Origin: Flectonema sp. DT1601
Lineage: Eukaryota
Direction of reading: 5' to 3'
Assembly: GCA_964019425.1 (NCBI GenBank)
Contig: OZ025789.1
Coordinates: forward strand, 1,488,001-1,544,701
DNA length: 56,701 bases
Made by a program: the position numbers and the translations under genes. The notes below the pieces were generated by a model. It ran no database searches. It saw nothing but the letters and a program-made list of their open reading frames with translations, and was not told the DNA's origin. Below are positions 33,472 through 43,726 of the stretch, piece after piece (within the stretch, counting starts at the first letter, position 1; every line of letters begins with the position of its first letter).

Positions 33472-36400
33472 CTTGACGGGCGGGATTGGGCGGAAACGCG
33501 AAGGCGTCTTCTGCTACTGGCGGGTGACGTAGAGAGGAATCCGGGACCGAGACGCCGTCATGATGGACCCACTTCGGAGCTGCGAGTTATCAGCTGGAAC
33601 TGCAGAACGATCAACGGAAGAGAGGAGTTCATAGGAAATATCCTGGGAAAGTACAGCCCTGATGTATTATGCCTGCAGGAAACCTCAGTTCGGAAGCCTC
33701 TACATCACTGGAATTACATCACGTACAGGAGAGATAGACCGGGTAGAGGTGGCGGTATAATCACCATGGTGAAGAGAGGCCTTCAGCATGCTTGCTATGA
33801 AGTCTGTATCCCTTCGGTTAGAGGAATTGTTGAGACATTGGGTGTCAGGATTAATGATGAGATAAATGTTCTCAACGTGTATTCGCCGCCAAGTTCTAAG
33901 ATAGATTTTGATCTCTTCCCTTTGAAGCGTGATGAAAGGTTTATATTTGCTGGTGACTTCAATGCCCATCATAAACTCTGGTCGAAGAAGACGGATACGA
34001 AGGGCTGCCAGCTTCTGGAGTGGTGCAGATCTAATAACCTTCTAATTGCAAACGATCCGGGATTTGTGACGTTGCCGAGACACGGGACTTCGCCGGATGC
34101 AATCCTACACCACGAGGAGTTACTACTACTACACTTCGGGCTAATAGGTGATGGCACTGAACATGGATCTGATCACTTACCTCTTGCTGCTGTCTTTGAT
34201 ACGTTCTCACCTCTGGAAACAGTTAACAACCAGGCATCGAAAAAATCAGTCTGGGACTTTAATACAGCTGATTGGTACTCGTTCCGTCATGATTTGGATT
34301 ACCGACTTAGCAAGGTGAACAGTCCTCCGAAGGTGGGTATCAGAGCGGCAACATTTAACCGTATCCTGCTTCATGTGGCGAAGAAGAACATCCGCAGAAG
34401 GCTCAGGATCCAGGGTAAGAGGAGGAGAATGTGGAATTCCTCAACCCCTGAGACCAAACAAGCGAAGGGAAAATTCGTTGCTGAGAAACTTGCACAAGGT
34501 GAAGGTTTTGCATTCGCCTTTAAGAAGATTAAGGACTTGGATGCCGATGGGGGACAGGACGTCCAAATCCCTGAATTCAGTGAGGACCAACTCCCCAGTA
34601 AATTTCTCGATCAGTTCGTTAAGACCTCTGTCAGGAAACAACTGAAATCTTCGAAGCTGAAGCCAAGTGATTACGTAGGTGCTTGTGGACCTCTGGTGAT
34701 GTCTGAGCTTGAGCGCGCCATCAAGAAGGTTAAAACTGGTAAGGCTCCTGGTCCTGATGGAATCCACGGGGCGATGCTGAAGAACCTTTCTGCAACCGGT
34801 AGACGTTTTCTCTTAGCGGTGTTCAACGACTCCTGGCTCTCAGCTAGAGTTCCGAAGGTCTGGAAAGAGGGTATGATCAAACCGGTATACAAACCGGGTA
34901 AACCCAAAGAAAAGCTATCCAGCTACAGACCGATCACGTTGACATCTGTAGTCGGTAAAATGCTTGAACGGATAATTTACGACAGGCTAATGTATTGGTT
35001 GACGTCAAATAATGCCTTGTCCTCCATTCAGGCAGGCTTCAGAAGGGGTAGGAATACTTGCGAGCAAATCTCACTGCTGGTCAATGCGCTTCATGGTGCG
35101 AGAAAAGGTGGCAAGAGTTCGATACTGCTCTCTTTCGACTTCACTGAGGCATTTGATAGGATAAATCATGTTAAACTGATTGCTAAAATGGTGACGATGG
35201 GGATTCCTTCACCATTCATCGGATGGGTCGCTAACTTTCTGACGCGAAGGAAGGCAAAGGTTAGTGTCAATGGCAATCTGAGCGCATACAGAACTGTGAC
35301 GAAAGGTGTTCCGCAAGGGTCGATTGTTGGGCCTCTCCTTTATCTGATATTTGTCGACGACCTGGCTAAGAAACTTGAGAAGACCGGATGTGTTTCAGCA
35401 CTCTACGCAGACGACACAGCTTGTGTGGTTTCGAATAAGGATTTTAAAGTAACTTACCGGATGGCGCAATTAGTCCTTGGGTTAGTAGATCGTTGGTGCA
35501 AAGATAATGACATGGCACTGTCGGTTTCGAAGACCTGCGGGATGCCGGTGGACTGTCCTAGGAATATGTATTGGAGACTGGGATTCCCCAGAACGTCAGG
35601 AGAGAACTTCTTTCGGATCAGTAGGGAGGAACTGGCTGGGATGATTCGGTCAAATGAAGAAGGTAGGCCATTACTTGGAAATGGGGCGATGATCCTCAAG
35701 CTGGGTGATACGGAGGTTACGAAGGCAAGTGAACTTCTTGAACTGATGCCAGTGGGTCCGGATCCGACCTGGGTGAAGTTGCTGACTGCCGTACTCATGC
35801 CGATGGTGGATAGTGTTAAGTACTTGGGTGTCCATATTGACGATGACCTTACATATGGTACACAAGTGGATAAACTACTGGATGAGACGAGGAAGGGACT
35901 TGTTCTGCTTCGAAAGTTGGAGCTATTCAACTTTGATTTCAAAACGCTGAACATGATCAAGAACTTATACATCCTCTCAAGGATTCTGTATGGGCTTGAG
36001 AGCTATGGACCTTTCCTGACAGATGAACAGCTTAAACCTATTGACCTGAATCTGAGGAAGATAGCTAGAAAGATCACTGGCTGCGGCTTCAACACAAGGT
36101 CCCTTCCGTTACTGTGGGAGGCGAACATACTACCGATGAGACTGCAGATTGAGAAGCAAGCCAGGATTGCTTTATTTAGGTATCGGTCACTGGATTGGGT
36201 TCCTTCTACGAAGGGAATCGCTAGTGGAACTTGGAGTTCAACTTTACCGGCCGAGGACCGTAATATGGAGATCCAGGGGATTGTCATGCCTGACAGCATC
36301 GAGCCATGGATAGATGTTCCGAACCTGGAGATATCTTGCGGATATGGACATTCGAAGACCGGTGTTGCTGAAGTGGACAAGGCTAAGTTCGAGGAGTACT

Positions 36401-37335
36401 GCAGCGAACTTAGGCCATGTACCTCGTCCATTTTTGTTGACGGATCCCACGACCCTGTCAACTACACGGCAGGCGCAGCGGCAGTGCAGATCACGCCGTG
36501 TGAACGGACCATGGCATCGAGACTAGTTGCAACGGAAAGTAGTTATAAAGCTGAACAGGTAACTCTGAAGCTGTTAATAAGTGAATTTGGAAAAGCAACC
36601 TCTGTCTTGGGTCCCAGATCTGGAATCACGAGAGTCTTCAGTGATTCTAAATCCAATCTGGATGAGCTGCGTGGTGGAATTGCGGCTCAGAGGAAGCTGA
36701 ACTCTCTCTCGATACTAGAAGGGATAAGAAAATTAGACTCATTCGTACACCTTCAATTCATCCCAGCTCACGTGGGAATTGAACCGCATGACAAGGCAGA
36801 TGAACTGGCGAAAAAGATCTCAAAAGATGTTAAGAGCAAGCCGGTGTCAACGACTATGGACTTCTTCGCACATAAGTCAAGGATAGCGAGGGAAGCTAAC
36901 AGAAAGCTGTTTGGTAAGATTATGGAGGGTTCAACAAGGGCGAAACCACCGATCAAACGGGTGATGCTTAGGCAGTATCTTGATGCTACCGGAGGCCTGA
37001 GAGCGGCTCGATACCCCAAGGACATGCTGAGAGAATCAGAGATAAGGATAGCCAGGTTCAGAACGGGTTCTCACCCCCTGCTCAGGGTAAATGAACTACC
37101 GATAAAGTGCCCCTTCTGCAAAAGAACAGACTCTTCTGCCCGACATCTAATATTTGATTGCGAGGATGGTGACGTGGTCCGCATTAGAGAAGGAACAATT
37201 AGATCAAACATTCAGGAAGCGAGAATCTCCGAGACCAAACTAAATCTTTCAATAATGTTTGCGACGAGAAATCTTCACGCCCTAGCCGGCTACTTATGGC
37301 ATTTGGAACAACGAACAGGCTTATCAAACTGTTAA
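33472..37335 (+). CDS. LINE-B ORF2 preceded by a 2A peptide; no AUG before the endonuclease N-terminus
   Basis: LDGRDWAETRRRLLLLAGDVERNPGP-RRRHDGPTSELRVISWNCRT...DVLCLQET...; RT YRPITL, GVPQG, YADD; RNase H FVDGS, FSDSKS, FIPAHVG; CPFC...HLIFDC. Confidence 0.92.
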   Translation, partial: LDGRDWAETRRRLLLLAGDVERNPGPRRRHDGPTSELRVISWNCRTINGREEFIGNILGKYSPDVLCLQETSVRKPLHHWNYITYRRDRPGRGGGIITMVKRGLQHACYEVCIPSVRGIVETLGVRINDEINVLNVYSPPSSKIDFDLFPLKRDERFIFAGDFNAHHKLWSKKTDTKGCQLLEWCRSNNLLIANDPGFVTLPRHGTSPDAILHHEELLLLHFGLIGDGTEHGSDHLPLAAVFDTFSPLETVNNQASKKSVWDFNTADWYSFRHDLDYRLSKVNSPPKVGIRAATFNRILLHVAKKNIRRRLRIQGKRRRMWNSSTPETKQAKGKFVAEKLAQGEGFAFAFKKIKDLDADGGQDVQIPEFSEDQLPSKFLDQFVKTSVRKQLKSSKLKPSDYVGACGPLVMSELERAIKKVKTGKAPGPDGIHGAMLKNLSATGRRFLLAVFNDSWLSARVPKVWKEGMIKPVYKPGKPKEKLSSYRPITLTSVVGKMLERIIYDRLMYWLTSNNALSSIQAGFRRGRNTCEQISLLVNALHGARKGGKSSILLSFDFTEAFDRINHVKLIAKMVTMGIPSPFIGWVANFLTRRKAKVSVNGNLSAYRTVTKGVPQGSIVGPLLYLIFVDDLAKKLEKTGCVSALYADDTACVVSNKDFKVTYRMAQLVLGLVDRWCKDNDMALSVSKTCGMPVDCPRNMYWRLGFPRTSGENFFRISREELAGMIRSNEEGRPLLGNGAMILKLGDTEVTKASELLELMPVGPDPTWVKLLTAVLMPMVDSVKYLGVHIDDDLTYGTQVDKLLDETRKGLVLLRKLELFNFDFKTLNMIKNLYILSRILYGLESYGPFLTDEQLKPIDLNLRKIARKITGCGFNTRSLPLLWEANILPMRLQIEKQARIALFRYRSLDWVPSTKGIASGTWSSTLPAEDRNMEIQGIVMPDSIEPWIDVPNLEISCGYGHSKTGVAEVDKAKFEEYCSELRPCTSSIFVDGSHDPVNYTAGAAAVQITPCERTMASRLVATESSYKAEQVTLKLLISEFGKATSVLGPRSGITRVFSDSKSNLDELRGGIAAQRKLNSLSILEGIRKLDSFVHLQFIPAHVGIEPHDKADELAKKISKDVKSKPVSTTMDFFAHKSRIAREANRKLFGKIMEGSTRAKPPIKRVMLRQYLDATGGLRAARYPKDMLRESEIRIARFRTGSHPLLRVNELPIKCPFCKRTDSSARHLIFDCEDGDVVRIREGTIRSNIQEARISETKLNLSIMFATRNLHALAGYLWHLEQRTGLSNC
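33499..33549 (+). other. 2A-like StopGo peptide (RRRLLLLAGDVERNPG|P)
   Basis: Exact D(V/I)ExNPGP consensus preceded by a hydrophobic helix. Confidence 0.92.
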
Positions 37336-37756
37336 CTGATTGGTAGTTGCTAATTCATTAGTATCATTCTTCCTTATCACACTCCTTAATCAACTCCTAA
37401 TTTCTCTGAGGACATCCGCAGAGCTTCATGGCTCGTAGGTAACCCAGTGGTCTTTGGCCACCGTCCCTGTACTGATCCTTCGCTTTATATTAACTGTGTC
37501 TTGAGATTCCTATCCGGGGAAGTCCTCCAACGGACTCAGGACAGTTGCGCTTGTTTTTACTTGTTTACTTTATCAAAAAATAAGAAGGGCAAGAATGCTC
37601 AGAATGAAGAAAAATAAAGTGGAAAGACAGGGGGGATGTGACTAAATAAATAAATAAATAAATAAAATTTTTTTTTTATTTATTTACTTTTTTTCTCTTC
37701 TTTTTTCTTCTTTTTTTTTCTTCTTCCCTTTTCCCTTATTTTCCCCTCTTTTTTTT

Positions 37757-40211
37757 TTCTATCTTCATAAACGATTTGATAGATAAACTAGAGATGTACG
37801 AACCGACTGTCTATGTTTCAGGGTATTTTTGTGAGGAAGAACTAATCACACACATCGAAAGGAAGACAAGTTTCTCGCTACTGGGTTCTGATGTGAAGGA
37901 ATATGTTATGGAACTTATTGATAACGCTTATAAAGTTACCGATTTAAATGTTGTTATTGACGACCTTTCTATGGTTAATGTGCTGGTCAATCCTAGCTGG
38001 TCGGAATCCAAGCTTTCTAAGTTCCTCTCTCGCCTAAGTCGCCTCCTGCGAAGTAATCCCCTAGATAATGAACGTCTCTTTCCTCTAGTGTAATTTCTTA
38101 TTTTATTTATTAGTATCATTTCTCTTACTTTATTTCTTATTTTCTGATCTAATGTGGCGTGTTCTCCCTATCTTTGGCGAAAATTGGCGTTATCAGCCGT
38201 CTCTAACACTGTCTGCTCGCGTGGACGGTGGGTTTAGGTAGTCATTTGTTCCAGGTTATTCTACGTCTCTTATCGTCTGTGAGAGTCTCACGGTTGCTGG
38301 TAGCGATATAACTGTTACTCTGTGAGCTTTTCCTGGCTTTTGGCTTCCTAGGCTTCGTAAATAAATAAATAAATGTTGAAGTAGTAATAACCGCGGGCAC
38401 TGTCAGCTGTTAGAAAACAAGGTTAACAACGCAGTCAAAATATTTGAAAGGTGGGCACTTGACTCACACATCAAAATCAATAAGAACCCTGGCAAGACGG
38501 AATACATTCATGTGAGGCCAAGTGGAACACATGACAAGTCCCCAGTAGTAGTATACTCTGAAGAACACACATTTAAATATGTGGTGGCCATGGCAGAACA
38601 AATGAGTAACCTTGTGAAGGATGATAACTCAACAACTGTAGTTTCAAAGAAGAATTCGCCATCACTCACCTGTACGTCGTCCCAAAACATAAGATCAAAG
38701 TCAAGCTACCGAACAAACCGGCGGTACTGAAAACATTGAAGATGAGTGCCCGCTTCTCACAACTGAAGAAAGTCCACAACAAGGCAGAAATAGATAAGAT
38801 GCTGGAAAGAGTGGGACCCGGATTACACGGATTTGCCTATGCGGTTGGACGAAAAGTTCACAAGACGAATACCGTGCGGTATCTGGGTGTACATTATGAC
38901 GAGAAGTTAACCTTTAAGTCGCAAATTCAAAAGATGATGACAGCTGCTTCCAAGGGTCTAGGCTTGTTGGTTAGACTCACCAGGATAGGCTGTAGAAAGA
39001 GGACACTCATCAGTATACTGGTGACGGTAGTGTTGGCAAGGGTGCTTTATGGTGACGCCAAGACTAAAGGAACACATCCAGTATAAGATGTGTAGAACCT
39101 ATGAACGTTTCAAATTGAGTCCGTTCCTACCGACTCGCAAGCTGACGAGAACAGGGAGTTCAGAATTATACCAAAAATCAAAATGGGGATGGAATGTCTG
39201 GATAGACTATGTCTCTGGTGTCCCTGGCCTTGACAATTACCGGAGCATTACCAACCTGGAAGTGAACCCAGAACACTACACTGTCCCTCCATGGAAAAGT
39301 ACTAATGCGATGAGATTCACATATTCAAGCAACAAGGAAGAGGCTGAACAGCGAGAAACTGAACTACCAACTCACGAGATGAAAGTCTACACTGACGGGT
39401 CGATAAGACACAAACCCAAGACTTACATGACAGACTCGGCTGCCGCTGTGGTCATGGTTAGCGGAAGCAAGATGCGTCTACTTGGATATAAAATACCAGT
39501 AGCGGGTTCCTCTTATAGGACCGAGCAGATTGCAGTAAAACTGGCGTTGAAAAATTTAGTTCAGGTGGCGGAGGATGAACATGACAGACTCGGCTGCCGC
39601 TGTGGTCATAGTAAAAGAAAGCAAGATGCGTCTACTTGGATATAAAATACCAGTAGCGGGTTCCTCTTATAGGACCAAGCAGATTGCAGTGAAACTGGCG
39701 TTGGAAAATTTAGTTCAGGTGGCGGAGGATGAACATGAATCTCTAACAACAACGACGCACCTGTTGACTGATTCGATGTCAGTCATGCAGGCATTGGAAC
39801 AAGGGCCATATAAACAAAGGTCCCCAATGAACAAAAAGATCTGGAAGTTGGCAATGAAACTGGAAAAGAAGGGAATCCAAGTCAACATGCAGTATGTACC
39901 GGCACACAGAAACGTGCGGTACAACGAAGTAGCGGACCAACTGGCGAAATTCGCTGCAGGCCTGAAGGAAGATCCACCTCACGAAGATGTTATTATTAAA
40001 CAGAACATTGATGACGTTTCACAAGCGGAGAAAACGGGAGAACTGGATCGGACCAGGATAGGTAAGACACCCTCCGTACATAGAAGCTCTAACACGACCA
40101 GAGGAAGTACTGATGTCACGCTTTAGAGTGGGACATTGCAGATCTCTGAAGAACAAAGGACTGAACGAGCTGTGCTTTTTCTGTAAACTTGGAAAGGCGA
40201 CAGCACATCAT
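37757..40211 (+). pseudogene. Degenerate 5'- and 3'-truncated LINE-A copy
   Basis: High similarity to ~27905-29811, with frameshifts, deletions, an insertion at the FADD codons and a ~153-bp tandem duplication (39428/39581). Confidence 0.9.
37818..38372 (+). mobile_element. 3' end of another LINE (family D) with (TAAA)n tail
   Basis: ORF remnant ending at 38093, 3' UTR, TAAA repeats at 38358-38373, ATGTT direct repeats at 37813-37817 and 38373-38377. Confidence 0.6.
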
Positions 40212-40670
40212 AGAGTTTCTTCTTGATCTTTCTCCCAAGCTCACTTTATTTTGCTCGTGACCAAAGGTAACACCTAAAAATTCATACTCCTGTGACATCT
40301 TGACTGTGTCATTAGCTTCCAAGTAATATTTGCTGTCCTGGCAAGACAGTCCATTCTCTCAGTTGCACACCTGACCTTCTCCTTCTCCCCGAAAAGTCTG
40401 ATGTTATCGATCCACCAATGATCCCAATCTCCTTCTCCGCATATTCTTCTTTAACAAACAGCGGGTCACCAGAAACAACAGTGTTCATCAACACTGGGCG
40501 CATTGGCAGAGAATATGCATTGCCAGACGAATCATAAAAACTAAACAATGAAGTCGATTCCTCAGGTATGCAGACCTGGTAAAATCCTGTTTTGAAATCC
40601 CTACATGAAGCAACCTCTGAATCCGGTAATGTGAACAAAGGTTCGTAACCTTGTGCAGATATCATCTCAT
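40212..40670 (-). pseudogene. TATE/VIPER (DIRS-group) reverse transcriptase fragment
   Basis: RDFKTGFYQV, LPM, GDP, frameshifted WIDNIRLFG (tgg atc gat aac atc aga), YEFLGVTF. Confidence 0.7.
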
Positions 40671-40873
40671 TCTGTTCCTTCGTTCAGAGGATGAATCTCT
40701 GTCTCAGTTTCCTTTTCTTCGAAAACCATGAATGGCACATTCTTGGAAGGTGGTACAGAATCAAAAGGTACAGCTATATCGCAAGAAGACTCAAATGCTG
40801 ATGAGAGAAATTGGCTAAGCTGACTCAACAGGTAAAGAAAGAAAGCTTTGATTCTGTTACATCACCCTAAAAC

Positions 40874-40955
40874 TGACAGGAGTGGGGTTTGAACCCACGC
40901 ATCCGAAGATAGAGGAACTTGAGTCCTCCGCCTTAGACCGCTCGGCCATCCTGCC
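40874..40955 (-). tRNA. tRNA-Leu(CAA) copy 3
   Basis: Identical to the other two copies. Confidence 0.95.
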
Positions 40956-40968
40956 ATGTTTTCTGTAC

Positions 40969-41025
40969 TTTTTTTTTTTTTTTTTTTTGGTTACACTCGT
41001 CTGTGCTTCCAGACTCTTTGTTTTT
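40969..41025 (-). mobile_element. 3'-end fragment of family C with poly(A)
   Basis: Poly-T then GGTTACACTCGTCTGTGCT, as at 859-899; 13 nt upstream of tRNA-Leu. Confidence 0.8.
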
Positions 41026-43726
41026 AACCGACTCGCGGGAGATGGCAGATGTCTTCACCAAAACATACGCAGACCAATTCAAATTCGAAGACGGTGAACC
41101 AACCTTACAAGGAATACCTGATGATAACTCGGTGGAATTTGGAATGCCTGAACTGGAACGACAAATTTCAAAAACAAAGGAGAAGAAGGCACCTGGACCT
41201 GACCACATCTGGAACTCGATGTTAAAACAACTTCCAAAAGCTTTCCTCGAGCAACTACTAAGACTATTCAACCTCTCATGGCAACGATCAGCAGTACCCA
41301 GGTGCTGGAAAAGTGGAATGGTAATACCCATACTGAAACCTGATAAAGACAAGAAACAAGTCTTATCGTACAGACCGATAGCACTAACCTCGACCGTCTC
41401 GAAACTCTTTGAAAGAATGGTCGTAGAACGGATGCACCACCTGTTGAAAGACAGAATGAATCCGAGGCAAGCAGCCTACAAACGAGGGCGGGATTCCATT
41501 GAAAATCTCTGTATAGTTACAGACAAACTCAAAAGTGCCAAGGCAATGGGAGAAGAAGCGATATTAATCACCTTCGACCTACAAAAAGCCTTCGATGCAG
41601 TTCAACCGGCAACTCTTCTAAATAAGATGTCCAAAATAGGACTACCAACGAAATATCTACGGTGGGTTCAAAACTACTTGACTAGTAGGAAGATTTCAAC
41701 AAGGGTGAATGGAGTGAAGGGAGCATTCCGGAACATTCGAGTAGGAGTGCCACAAGGAAGCGTGCTGGGACCCCAGTTATTCTCTATCTTCATAAATGAT
41801 TTGATAGATAAACTAGAGATGTACGAACCGACTGTCTTTGCAGATGATGTTGGAATAGTAATAACCGCAGGCACTGTCAGCTGTTTAGAAAACAAGGTTA
41901 ACAACGCAGTCAAAATATTTGAAAGGTGGGCACTTGACTCACACATCAAAATCAATAAGAACCCTGGCAAGACGGAATACATTCACGTGAGGCCAAGTGG
42001 AACTCATGACAAGTCCCCAGTAGTAGTATACTCTGAAGAACACACATTTAAATATGTGGTGGCCACGGCAGAACAAATGAGTAACCTTGTGAAGGATGAT
42101 AACTCAACAACTGTAGTTTCAAAAGAAGAATTCGCCATCACTCACCTGTATGTCGTTCCAAAACATAAGATCAAAGTCAAGCTACCGAACAAACCGGCGG
42201 TACTGAAAACAATGAAGATGAGTGCCCGCTTCCCACAACTGAAGAAAGTCCACAACAAGGCAGAAATAGATAAGATGCTGGAAAGAGTGGGACCCGGATT
42301 ACACGGATTTGCCTATGCGGTTGGACGAAAAGTTCACAAGACGAATACCGTGCGGTATCTAGGCGTACATTATGACGAGAAGTTAACCTTTAAGTCGCAA
42401 ATTCAAAAGATGATGACAGCTGCTTCCAAGGGTCTAGGCTTGTTGGTTAGACTCACCAGGATAGGCTGCAGAAAGAGGACACTCATCAGTATACTGGTGA
42501 CGGTGGTGTTAGCAAGGGTGCTTTATGGTGTTGAAAGCTTTGCTTGGATGCTACCAAAAGAGTGCTTCGAACAACTGGAATTACTGGTAAATAGGGCAGT
42601 GAGGCTGGTAACTGGATGTCTGCGGAGCACCAAACTACAGAGACTTTACAAAGAAGCCGACACGCCAAGACTGAAGGAACACATCCAGTATAAGATGTGT
42701 AGAACTTATGAACGTTTCAAATTGAGTCCGTTCCTACCGACTCGCAAGCTGACGAGAACAGGGAGTTCAGAATTATTTCAAAAATCGAAATGGGGATGGA
42801 ATGTCTGGATAGACTATGTCTCTGGTGTCCCTGGCCTTGACAACTACCGGAGCATTACCAACCTGGAAGTGAACCCAGAACACTACACTGTCCCTCCATG
42901 GAAAAGTACTAATGCGATGAAATTCACATATTCACGCAACAAGGAAGAGGCTGAACAGCGAGAAACTGAATTACCAGCTCACGAGATGAAAGTCTACACT
43001 GACGGGTCGATAAGACACAAACCCAACACTTACATGACAGACTCGGCTGCCGCTGTGGTCATGGTTAACGGAAGCAAGATGCGTCTACTTGGTATATAAA
43101 ATACCAGTAGCGGGTTCCTCTTATAGGACCGAGCAGATTGCAGTAAAAATGGCGTTGGAAAATTTAGTTCAGGTGGCGGAGGATGAACATGAATCTCTAA
43201 CAACAACGACGCACCTGTTGACTGATTCGATGTCAGTCATGCAGGCATTGGAACAAGGGCCATATAAACAAAGGTCCCCAATGAACAAAAAGATCTGGAA
43301 GTTGGCAATGAAATTGGAGAAGAAGGGAATCCAAGTCAACATGCAGTAATGTACCGGCACACAGAAACGTGCGGTACAACGAAGTAGCGGACCAACTGGC
43401 GAAATTCGCTGCGGGCCTGAAGGAAGATCCACCTCACGAAGATGTTATTATTAAACAACTGCCCACTCAACTTGACATGGGAACATTGATGACGTTTCAC
43501 AAGCGGAGAAAACGGGAGAACTGGATCGGACCAGGAGAGGTAAGACACCCTCCGTACATCGAAGCTCTAACACGACCAGAGGAAGTACTGATGTCACGCT
43601 TTAGAGTGGGACATTGCAGATCTCTGATAATCAAAGGACTGAACGAGCTGTGCTTTTTCTGTAAACTTGGAAAGGCGACAGCACATCATGTATTATTTAT
43701 ATGCGAACATTGGTGTATAGAAACCT
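41024..43726 (+). mobile_element. Recent 5'- and 3'-truncated LINE-A copy (RT-RNase H)
   Basis: Near-identical to 27148-29848; single-base insertions near 43093 and 43348; ends abruptly at the repeat array. Confidence 0.93.

Larger units (their letters stand above)
24154..37667 (+). mobile_element. Full-length LINE family B (~7.4 kb without the nested LINE-A); ORF1-UGA-2A-ORF2 (APE-RT-RNase H-CCHC), (TAAA)n tail
   Basis: ATG at 24167 joins in frame to 30282 onward once LINE-A is removed. Tail at 37643-37667. Low-complexity TSD-like TTTTTTTTTTATTTATTTA at ~24131-24149 and 37668-37686. Confidence 0.8.

Noticed and set aside
37406..37445. CTGAGGA plus hairpin as a hammerhead core
   Set aside because: Followed by GTAG rather than GAAA, and the second copy lacks the intact core.
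37776..38093. 105-aa ORF as a gene
   Set aside because: Chimera of a LINE-A RT fragment and an inserted element's 3' end.
40959..40971. TTTCTGTACTTT resembling the 3' part of a euglenozoan spliced leader
   Set aside because: Short, T-rich match abutting a poly-T run, and the rest of the SL is absent.
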